From the NCBI GenBank assembly GCA_951406725.2, contig OX597837.1, forward strand, positions 42,594,001 to 42,658,000: DNA of 64,000 nt, given 5' to 3'. Source of the DNA: Octopus vulgaris. Its lineage: Eukaryota. Made by a program: the position numbers and the translations under genes. A model generated the notes under the pieces. The model made no database searches, was not told where the DNA came from, and worked only from the letters and a program-made list of their open reading frames with translations. This document shows positions 52,596 to 64,000 of this stretch, one piece after another (position 1 is the first letter of the stretch; each line of letters opens with the position of its first letter).

Positions 52596-53644
52596 TCATC
52601 ATCATCATCATATCATCATCGTTTAACGTCCGCTTTCCGCGCTAGCACGGGTTGGACGGTTTGACCGGGTCTGGGAAGCCAGGGGCCGCTCCAGGCTCCA
52701 GTCTGAATCTGGCAGAGTTTCTACAGCTGGATGCCCTTCCTAACGCCAACCACTCCGTGAGTGGATTGGGTGCTTTTACGTGCCACCTGCACAGGGGCCG
52801 GAGGGTCCGGCATCGTCACGATCGGATTCGAGCATTTTAACGTGTCAGCGGCACGGGGGCAACGAGGTCCGGGGTACTTTGGGGATTGGGGTATTTTGGG
52901 GATCCAGGGTACTTTGGGGATCCGGGGTACTTTGGGGATCCGGGGTACTTAGAATGGGTAGGGGGTACTTAGAATGGGTAGGGGGTATGTGGAATTGCTG
53001 CAGAAAGCAGCCCGGGTCTTTGTAGTCACAGCATATCTCCAGAGATCTCGGTCCTTCGCCATTGCCTCAGTGAGGCCCAATGCTCTGAGGTCATGCTTGA
53101 CCACCTCATCCCATGTCTTCCTGGGTCTACCTCTCCCCCTGATACCTTCAACTGTTTGGGAGTGGCACTTCTTCACACATCTCTCTTCATCCATCCGCAG
53201 CACATGACCATACCATCGCAAGCGTCGCTCTTGCACACCACATCTGATGCTTCTTATATCCAGCATTTCTCTCAGGATACTTACACTCTGTTTTGCGTGC
53301 ACACTGACACTACACATCCAGCGGATCATGCTAGCTTCATTTCTTTCAAGTCTACGCATGTCTTCTGCAGTCACAGCCCATGTTTCATTACCGTGAAGCA
53401 TGGCAGTTCGCACACATGCATCATATAATCTACCTTTTGCTCTGAGGGAGAGGCCTTTTGTTGCCAGTAGGGGTAGGAGCTTTCTGAACTTTGCCCAGGC
53501 TATTCGTATTCTAGTGGTGATACTCTCTGTGCATCCACCTCCGCTACTAACTTGGTCTCCCAGGTAGCGGAAACTATCAACTACTTCTAGTTTCTCTCCC
53601 TGGAGTGTGATGGAATCTGTTTTCTGAGTGTCTGTTGTGTCTAT
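52596..53644 (-). mobile_element. Young 5'-truncated RTE-clade LINE: RT C-terminus, 3' UTR and (GAT)n tail
   Basis: Uninterrupted frame ~53644-52949: KLEVVDSFRYLGD..RIRIAWAKFRKLLPLL..KGRLYDACVRTAMLHGNETW..RRLRWYGHVLRM..GRGRPRKTWDEVVKHDL..DRDLWR. Flanked by TA microsatellite on both sides. Confidence 0.95.
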
Positions 53645-54524
53645 ATATATATGTGTATATATATATATATATGTATATATAATATAGATAGATATAGAAT
53701 ATGTAAGAATAAATTTAAAGGTGAAATAAAAGCAGTAGTAGTGTAATAAACATTATTTATCAACCACATATACTTAATGCATAAGCTTTGTGTATTTGTT
53801 GGTAAGCTGCTATTGGTGTGGTGGAGAATACTCTCTCAAAGCACTGCGTGTAAAAACAACTCAGACAACTAAGAGAAATAATACCTTGAAAACAAGTGAA
53901 AGGCAATGAAAATAAAGGCATCTAGTCATAGAAAAAAAAGGGCCTCAATAAGTTTTGACCGATCCAATCTGGCATGGAAAGTAGATGTTAAAACAATAAT
54001 GATGATGATGGTGGTTTAAATAGAAATTGACTTATAACATCTTCAATAGTTACCTTTTAAAAAAAAACTGTAAAATATAAAATAAACCCCCCTCCAAAAA
54101 AATCAAAAGTGGAAACTCTAAATGCAACTGTGATAACATGAATAATTCTCTTTATCGATACTCAATGTGGTTAACAATGACGTGGAGCTGAGATGCAACT
54201 AAGATATTCTTCAGACGAAGAAGCAAAATTTAGATTTCAAGAGTGATGGAGCTTCCCAGCTCAACATTTTATTTTTGGACATTAAATCAACTAACTCTTT
54301 CTGACACTTTTACAATCATTATCAGTAATTATTGGTAATTTTTTCACATAATTTTACGTATCTCTTTTTTTTTCTTTTATTTCACCGTACTGTTATATTC
54401 TTCTTATTCTTACAACAGACATTTGATACTTCCTCGTTAATAATTTTAAATATTCTTAGATCTATCTCAACTAGTTTGCTCTGCATTTCTAATGCTTGTC
54501 TCTATGCCATTTGACTTCAAATCA

Positions 54525-54592
54525 TTTTTGTGTATATGAACTTTTTGTGTATATGAACTTTTTGTGTATATGAACTTTTTGTGTATATGAAC
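54525..54592. repeat. 4 x 17-bp tandem repeat TTTTTGTGTATATGAAC
   Basis: Four perfect copies. Confidence 0.95.
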
Positions 54593-54874
54593 TTCGCTTT
54601 CATTGCATGTTCATATATGAAATGGTAATTTTGTGATATTAGAGGAGAACATCGCTTTCAGAGTAAATTTACTGAAACGAGAAATGGAAACAGCAAGGTC
54701 AATGCAAATTGGTTTTAGCAGATGAAAAGACCATGAATGTCAAGATAAAAGCTTTCAGCTGGCAACCGTGCCAACTGATGTACATAGCCTTGCAAATATT
54801 TATAGACTAAGATAGGCAATTGTACATTTTAGAGAAAGATAACTTGCTGAAGGATTTTTCAAGTAAGCATGTAA

Positions 54875-55095
54875 CCCTTTCGTTACTGTATTTATTTTGA
54901 GATGCTTCATGTTTCTTTCAATTACTTTAAATATAACAAACAATTTAGTAAAATAAGTTAGTTATCATTCAGCTAGTGTTAGGAACATAGATTGTGACTA
55001 AGATTTATTGGAAGATTTTAATTCAAAACTTATGAAAACGAGACATTTGTACTCAGAGCCAAAGCCGGTTTCAGCCGGGTTAGGTATCAAAAGGA
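54875..55095. mobile_element. Second TTAA-type MITE family, decayed
   Basis: GTAA|CCCTTTCGTTAC...GTATCAAAAGGA|TTAA, with imperfect TIRs and TSD. Confidence 0.6.
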
Positions 55096-55914
55096 TTAAA
55101 TATAAATAAACTTTGGTAGAGGTAGAGAACTCTGAAGAGATTCTAAATATTGTAGAGTGTTTATTCAGAAAGTACAGTATCATGACTTGCTTAGAAGAGT
55201 TTCTCAGTAAACCTAAGTTGTGCAGATGCAGCAGCAGGTTTGCAAGCAGGTGATCGTATTTATGTAAAAGAGTTAAATAAATCTGCGGAATTTAAAAATA
55301 ACTGAAGAATTTCAAAATAGCTAAGAAGAAACCAGATCTATTTTAATTACATGTGTATATGCATACATTTATACACAACTGTACAAACAAGTGTGTGCAT
55401 GTTTGTTATGTATATATCTCACACATATACACATGTTAAACACAAATAAACAAGTTTTGTAAGAGCCTTACACAATGTTCAGCCATTGAAACACTTTTGA
55501 AACATTTCAGCTAATTGAAATGGGTGTGTATATGCAAGTGAGTATATTTGTGTGCATGCACACAAATAATATATGCATTTGCACTTGCATATTATTATCA
55601 TCTTACTTCATTCTATACTGGCATGAATTGTTTATACACACCCACAAGCACACATTGAAAGCAAAGTGATATGTAAAGATATAAACAGCAGATGAGACAA
55701 AATTAAAAAATAAGAATCTGGAGAAACTTAAAACCGCATTTCCCTGTCACTGCTACAGTGTAAAAAAAACCCCATTATACTGACCACCTTCCAAGTTAAG
55801 ATCTTCACATCAGAATGCATAGTATTTTAAGTGAGTGGTATACCTGTATTTTAATTTGATTCCAACTTAAATTATGAAATCTCTTCCTTATCATTGTTGG
55901 TTGCTTCACCACAC

Positions 55915-56237
55915 TAATAATCTTTTCTACTCTAGGCACAAGGCCTGAAATTTGGGGGAAGGAGGTCAGTTGATTAGATTGACCTCAGTACTCAACCGGT
56001 ACTTAATTTATCGACCCCGAAAGGATGAAAGGCAAAGTTGACCTCAGCAGAATTTGAACTCAGAACGTAAAAACAGACGAAATACTGCTAAGTATTTCAC
56101 CCACCATGCTAACATTTCTCATTTCCTTAATGCCCACAAGGGGCTAAACATAGAGAGGACAAACAAGGACAGACAAAGGGATTAAGTCAATTACATCGAC
56201 CCCAGTGCATAACTGGTACTTAATTTATCGACCCCGA
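55915..56237 (-). mobile_element. Family B SINE (alternative tail) adjacent to a family B 3' fragment (standard tail)
   Basis: Both tails appear side by side with the same core. Confidence 0.8.
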
Positions 56238-56671
56238 GAACCCCTGCTCTACATAATTATCTGATCTACTAAAAATAGCAGCCAAATTTCCTTGAAATCC
56301 CAAACACCTCAAAAAAGGAAGGATACATTAAATTATGTAAATCTTAGATGTGCTAAGTCTGGAAAAAAAACAGAGATGGTAAGAGTGGAAACACCTTTGA
56401 TCATAGGCTTGTTCAATGAGAGCTGAATAGATAAAAGTATGAATAAATAAAACTGTTAGATTTATTTCACTGAACACATCCCAGTCTTGAATTATTTTGA
56501 AACTAAATTGAGACACAGACAATCTTGTTATGAAAGACAAACATACAGATATATATACATAAAAAGTGTGTATAAAAACATGACGACCCTTTTTACTTGT
56601 ATCAGTAATGCTCCACCATGACTACAGTCAAAGGCTGCAGCTATGGTGGAGCTTTGAACATTGTGTATGTA

Positions 56672-56709
<38 letters not shown>

Positions 56710-56986
56710 TATGTGTGTGTCTGTGTGTGTGCTGTGTGTGTGCATATCATCATCATTGTAATGTCCACTTTCCTCTGTAGCCGCATGAGTTGGACAGAAA
56801 TTATCAAGGCAGATTTTCTATGGTAGGATGCCTTTTCTCTCGCTAACCCTCAGCTTTTTCCAAGTAAGGTAATATTTCCCCAGACATATTTTCATGAAAG
56901 ATTAGAATCAATGGATATCATGTGCATGACAATGACACTTATTTACAACTAGCACACAATGTTAACACACACACACACACGCATTA

Positions 56987-57003
56987 TGGCGCAATCAGTT
57001 AGT

Positions 57004-57037
<34 letters not shown>

Positions 57038-57053
57038 TGCACACCCAGGGACG
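56987..57053 (+). tRNA. tRNA-Asn(GTT) pseudogene
   Basis: TGGCGCAATCAGTTAGTGCGTTCGGCTGTTAACCGAAAGGTTGGTGGTTCATGCACACCCAGGGACG matches metazoan tRNA-Asn, anticodon GTT at 57014-57016. The 5' acceptor strand is missing and the T-loop is mutated. A T-run follows downstream. Confidence 0.88.
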
Positions 57054-57074
57054 ATTTGCTTCTTTCTTTTTATG

Positions 57075-57328
57075 CTGGTGCCATGTAAAAAGCACCATCC
57101 GATTATGGCCGTTTGCCAGCCTCGCCTGGCACCTGTGCAGGTGGCACGTAAAAAGCACCCACTACACTCACGGAGTGGTTGGTGTTAGGAAGGGCATCCA
57201 GCTGTAGAAACACTGCCAGATCAGACTGGAGCCTGGTGCAGCCTTCTGGCTTCCCAGACCCCAGCCGAACCGTCCAACCCATGCTAGCATGGAAAGCGGA
57301 CGTTAAACGATGATGATGATGATGATGA
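57075..57328 (+). mobile_element. RTE-tail retroposon
   Basis: Reverse complement of the 6238-6515 type, ending ...GCGGACGTTAAAC(GAT)n. Confidence 0.87.
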
Positions 57329-57353
57329 TATATATATATATATATATATATAT

Positions 57354-57463
57354 AATTGCAGCGTGGAAGGTGTTTATAAGCCATTTAAGAAACACACAAA
57401 AGCCGTTCGAACGGCTTTTGTGTGTTTCTTAAATGGCTTATAAACACCTTCCACGCTGCAATT
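57354..57463. repeat. Perfect 110-bp palindrome (55-bp arms, no spacer)
   Basis: AATTGCAGCGTGG...AAAAGCCGTTC|GAACGGCTTTT...CCACGCTGCAATT, centre 57408/57409. Confidence 0.97.
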
Positions 57464-58160
57464 GTTTTCGTTTCAGCACACGATCTCAGATCAAATTACT
57501 TGCTATGCGAGTACATCTCCGTAATATATATATATATATATAAAACTATATATATATATATAATGGGCCTTTTTTTCACTTTCTGTCCACAAAATCTATG
57601 CACAAAACAAGGTTGGCCTGGGGCTATAATAGAAGACAACCAAGGTGCCATTAAAATCAGACTGAACCTGAAACTATGTACATTAGAAGTAAATTTCTTA
57701 AATATAATGTCACACCTGCACCTGTGTGTAATATATACATAGGTAGGTAACCATGTATCTCCTATATACAGGTAACATATATCTCCTTTACAGCAGCACA
57801 CCTCTTTCTTGTTAACTCCTCCTCTTCAGCAAAACATCTGCTCCTGTCTCCCTGTCACACTCTAACCTTCCCCTCTAAAAGATTCCATCTTGCAAAGTTA
57901 CTTGGTGACTCTGCAGGTGCCACTTAAAAAGCACCCAGCCCACACCGTAGAGTGGTTGGCATTTGGAAGGGCATCCAGCCATAAAAACCATGCCAAAACA
58001 GACACAGGCTCCTGCCTGGCCAGCTCCTGTCAAACAATCCAACCCATGCCAGCATGAAAGGCAGACAATAGATGATTATGATTATATTTTGATTTTGATT
58101 TTTGAGTTTTCTAGTTTCAGCTAATGAGCTGTGGCCATGCTGGGGCACCGCCATTATATA

Positions 58161-58357
58161 TACTCTTTTATTCTTTTACTTGTTTCAGTCATTTGACTGC
58201 GGCCATACTGGAGCACCGCCTTTAGTCAAGCAAATCAACCCCGGGACTTATTCTTTGTAAGCCCAGTACTTATTCTATCGATCTCTTTTGCCAAACTGCT
58301 AAGTGACAGGGACGTAAACACACCAGCATCGGTTGTCAAGCAATGCTAGGGGGACAA

Positions 58358-58454
<97 letters not shown>

Positions 58455-58623
58455 CATATATACGACAGACTTTTTCAGTTTCTGTCTACCAAATCCACTC
58501 ACAAGGCATTGGTCGGCCCCGGGGCTCTAGCAGAACACACTTGCCCAAGATGCCACGCAGTGGGACTGAACCCGGAACTATGTGGTTGGTTAGCAAGCTA
58601 CTTACCACACAGCCACTCCTGCG

Positions 58624-58625
<2 letters not shown>
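58161..58625 (-). mobile_element. SINE family A, full length, with expanded internal (TA)n
   Basis: Reverse complement of the consensus. Confidence 0.9.
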
Positions 58626-58697
<72 letters not shown>

Positions 58698-59173
58698 GAG
58701 AGTAATGTTTTTTTTATACATTTGAATGCTAAAGAATCTTCACTGTTCTATGGTACGTCTCTGTTTGCTAAGGGCAGCATAACCTTTAACAAACATGAAT
58801 AGAAGAGAGAGAGCGATGACAGGACCAGGGTGAGTGGGCGAAGGGAATGAGAGCATGATGAGAGAAACAGGGTGATGAGGTGTGCAGGGTAGCAGACTGG
58901 GAGGTAATGGAAGAGTGCCAAGAACATACAGCTAGAGAACAAAAGAAAAACCATATTATTCACAGGAGAGCGCCTGGGAGAGTGGTGGTTTTAAAATCAG
59001 TGTTAGATTGACAACCATTAAGAAATTATTAACACACTCATACGGTATGAAGAGGAAAAGTGAAAATAAAATAAAGTTAATATATTGAAAAATTTTTATA
59101 TTTTTAAAATTGAATTAAACTTGAGTAATATATATATTCAAGGTTTCATTCCAGATTCTATCTGCCAGTGAAC

Positions 59174-59950
<777 letters not shown>

Positions 59951-60224
59951 GAATGTGCAATATAGATGAATGGATAAGGTAATGGACTTCATTTTTATTT
60001 TGTCTCAGTAGAAGGCATTTAATTTTTCTTGCCTTAGTTCAAGCTAGCTATTTGGGAATAGTTGCTGGATCTTTTGGAAATGTTACCTGCGATAAATGTT
60101 CATCTTATCCGAGAAAGGGGAAATCCACACTTGCTTAATGCCACCGAACCTTCAGCTAAATATCAGTTTATGGAGGCATTTAACGTTAAAGAGTGCATGT
60201 GGATACAATAAACATTCATCATGC

Positions 60225-60639
60225 GTATGTATATATATATATACATATATATATATATACATACATATATATATATATATATACACATAAATATATATAT
60301 ACACATAAATATATATATATACACACACATATATATACACACACATATATATATACACACATATATATATACACACACATATATATACACACATATATAT
60401 ATATATACATATATATATATACACACACATATACATACATATACACATATATATACATATACACATATATATATACACACATATATATATACACACATAT
60501 ACATACATATACATATACACATATATATACATACATATACATATATATATAAATATACACACACACACGTCGGAGGTAGATTCTCTCTCTCTCTCTCTAT
60601 ATATATATATAGATATAGAATCTACCTCCAACGTGTGTG

Positions 60640-60684
<45 letters not shown>

Positions 60685-60745
60685 GTCGGAGGTAGATTCT
60701 CTCTCTATATATATATATATAGATAGATATAGAATCTATCTCCAA

Positions 60746-60793
<48 letters not shown>

Positions 60794-60817
60794 TGTCGGA
60801 GGTAGATTCTATATCTA

Positions 60818-60865
<48 letters not shown>
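60225..60865. repeat. TA/CA microsatellite containing five alternating inverted copies of an 18-bp core
   Basis: ACGTCGGAGGTAGATTCT forward at 60567, 60683 and 60793; reverse at 60617 and 60731. Confidence 0.93.
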
Positions 60866-60866
<1 letters not shown>

Positions 60867-61384
60867 TTCACAAAGTTAAACATGCATAAATTACATAACT
60901 AGTGCTTATGTACAAGTTTATGACTTGGCTTTGATAGCTAAAATTATTTTTATAGTGACAGCGTGTAATTTTTTTATTTTTGTACGTTTTTTTCTTCTTT
61001 TAACTTCAATAAATAAATAATTTCTCTCCAATCTAAGAGAAAAGCGAAAGTAGATTTGGTATCCAATTCTTGTGTCACCAGCAAGAACATTTGCCAGATC
61101 TTAATAGTATTTATTGAAATAAAACGCAACGCCTTCGCCATACTCGTTCCATAATCTTTGTCAGCTGAAGGTTTCGGAGTTCAAGTGGCAACTCAATCGC
61201 CGGTCATGAAGAACTTGAGAGAAAATTTCTTTAAAAACCTCAAATAAATGTATAATTGAACAAGTGCCAGTCACTTTGGCAACCGCATTGCTTCTGTATC
61301 TGACCATTAACGTCAGCAAAGCAAGAGGGGCTTGGAAGTGGAATCTTCAATGAAATTTTATTTTCAAACAAGTAATGCACCAGG

Positions 61385-61418
<34 letters not shown>

Positions 61419-61427
61419 CCCCCTCCC

Positions 61428-61462
<35 letters not shown>

Positions 61463-61965
61463 CTCTCTCGCTGATATAGAGATTCACCCTTTCAGTGCTA
61501 CTTCATTTGTACAATATTAAAATTACTCTAACATCATAATGTTCACTTCAAGGAATATTAAGTACATGTGTTGCTAATCAATATTTTGTACAACCCAGAG
61601 TGGAGGGGGAGGGGATGACGAATAGAAATATCGAGCAAAATGTAACTAAGATTCACAAGAATATTTTTGATTACATCATCATCATCATCATCATCATCTT
61701 TCGACATTTGTTTTCCATGCTGGCACGGGTTGGAAGGTGCGACAAGAGCTGACAAACCATGGAACTGCACCAGATTTCATTTGCCTGCTTTGGTATGGTT
61801 TTTTTTTGACATCTGGACGACCTTCCTTATTGCCAACCACTGAGCGCCTTTCACAGGATATCAGCTCTAGGGAAGTTACAACCCACTGTACATTGGGAAA
61901 ATGTCTTCTACTATAGCGCTGTGAGTGGGTTTGGTAAACAGAAACTGAAAGCAGCCTGTCATTGA

Positions 61966-62003
<38 letters not shown>

Positions 62004-62045
62004 CGTATTTGCAAATGCATGAGTATATCTCTCTCTCTCTTTTTT

Positions 62046-62430
62046 TTTTACTTGTTTCAGTCATTTGATTGAGGCCATGCTGGAGCACCGCCTTTAGTCG
62101 AGGATTTATTCGTTGTGAGCCTAGTACTTATTCTATCGGTCTCTTTTGCCGAACCGCTAAGTTACAGGGATGTAAACACAGCACCATCGGTCGTCAAGCG
62201 ATGTTGGAGGGACAAACACGGACACACAGACACACACATACATATATATATATATACATATACATATATACAACAGGCTTCTTTTCAGTTTCCGTCTACC
62301 AAATCCGCTGACAAAGCTTTGGTCAGCTTGAGACTATAGTAAAAGACAGTTGCCCAAGGTGCCACACGGTGGGACTGAATCCGGAATCATGTGGTTGGCA
62401 AGCAAGCTACTTCACCACACAGCCACTCCT
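62046..62430 (-). mobile_element. SINE family A
   Basis: Reverse complement of the consensus, moderately diverged. Confidence 0.88.
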
Positions 62431-63975
62431 AAGCATGTGTGTTTGTGAGCGAGAGTGTGTGGCCTTGTCTAGACATCACTTGATGGTTGTAAATGAGCAG
62501 TTATCATGACACAAACATTTCTAATTTTCAGTAAAAAACATGTCTAGCTATGGGGAAAATATCACCTTGCTTGTAAACAGGTGAAATGCGGTTACACGAA
62601 ATTTTGTCTCACCCACGCATGCATGAAAAAAACAGACATTAAATGATGATGAATCAGGTTATTACTTAGAGCAGAGATAAATGCAAAAGAAAAAAAGGAA
62701 GGCAAAAATTATCAATATTTAATAGTCCCAGAGATAATAATATTCTCTATAAGATACTAGATAAATTAGCAAGAGGAAGTTGTAAAAGATGAGAAATATT
62801 GAATGCATATAAAGTATCCCAAGCAAAATCTGACATAGAAATATGATATTTAGCCTATATAGAGGTAGGTAGGTAGGTAGGTGTCTCGTGCAACTAAAAA
62901 AAAACTAATGTGAAATACCCACTGCAGGGCTATAAAAATATCTCACTCAGAATAACAGAAAACTAATGTAAAAAGCTATAAAATATGAACAGCACAACTG
63001 TTTTCTCTTCAAAGATGCCGACAAATGCGAAACAGAAGCTGAAATAACAGATGATTGCAAAGTAAAGGAGAAATGTCAACAGAAAATATGAACAGGCTAA
63101 AATCTGAAGCAAAAATGTGTTTACAGAAGGCCCATGCTGTAAGTAAAAGCAAGAAAAAAAATCCCCTTACGTGGTCAATAACTGGAAAAAAAAAAAAAAA
63201 ACTGAGCAAAGTAGATACAAAATTGTAATAGGTATGGGTTTGACTGTGTGGTTAAGCAGCTTGCTTTGCAGCCACATGGTTTTCGGTTCGGTCCTGATGC
63301 CTGGCACATTGGGCAAGGGTCAACCACTGTAGCCACAGACTGACCAGTGCATTGTGAGAAAATCTGGACAGAAACTGCAGACGCTTGTTGTATGTGTGTG
63401 TGTGTGTGTGTGTGTGTGCGTTTCTTTGTCTACCACCATTGCTTGACTATTGGTGTTGGTTTGTTTATATCCATGTAACTTAGCAGTTTGGCAAAAATTA
63501 ATGATAAAGTTAGTACCAGACTTTAAAAAAATAAATACTTGAGTTGATTTGTTTGGCTGCAATTCAATGACTGAAACAAATGAAAAGGTATAGGTGCAGA
63601 AGGCTAAAAGCTAGGACAAAAGAATTATTCATAATTGTGACCTAAGATCAAAGCCTAATCACCAGAGACCACCAAATGATATAATGAAGCAGAAAATATA
63701 GAGTAACTGCAAAATAAGTTGGGACAAACAATTAACCAGGCTGTCTTTGGCTGTCCTGTCTCAAGCCAAGAAAGAGTGTATTTACATTATGAAATACCAT
63801 GAAGATATTGTATAAACGTAACCTGTAAAGGTCTCAGAAAATCGTAAAATGACAATACCCTGGAATATGACAATTCACAGAGACAGCTCATGATTAATCA
63901 GCTGAATATTGTCAAAGACAACAGGAAAGGAAGTAGTTTCTAATCAAAGTATAAATCTCAATCGACAATTATATA

Positions 63976-64000
63976 TATTGGGTTGTCCAGAAAGTTTGTG
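63976..64000 (+). mobile_element. Possible mariner TIR start, cut by the window edge
   Basis: TA followed by TATTGGGTTGTCCAGAAAGTT resembles mariner termini. Only 25 bp visible. Confidence 0.4.

Noticed and set aside
63000-63145. Short frame DADKCETEAEITDDCKVKEKCQQKI*
   Set aside because: Weak AAG acceptor, early stop and no recognisable homology.

Overview
AT-rich eukaryotic DNA made almost entirely of repeats. The SINE families resemble those of Octopus/coleoid cephalopods (recognised from memory, not searched). No host protein-coding gene can be supported: nearly all listed ORFs are microsatellite or SINE translation artefacts. Supported content: a decayed Tigger/pogo transposase interrupted by a hAT MITE; one young and several old RTE-type LINE fragments; several tRNA-derived SINE families; TTAA MITEs; two Helentron/HINE-like elements; Penelope-like remnants; a tRNA-Asn(GTT) pseudogene; a higher-order minisatellite; many microsatellites. 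Most notable oddities: a strong minus-strand AG|GT recursive-splice-like site, three SINE dimers inserted at the same motif of another SINE, a perfect 110-bp palindrome, an alternating inverted-repeat ladder in (TA)n, and nested inverted TE pairs. I found no convincing evidence of a wholly new biological system. The window reads like a long intron or intergenic region.
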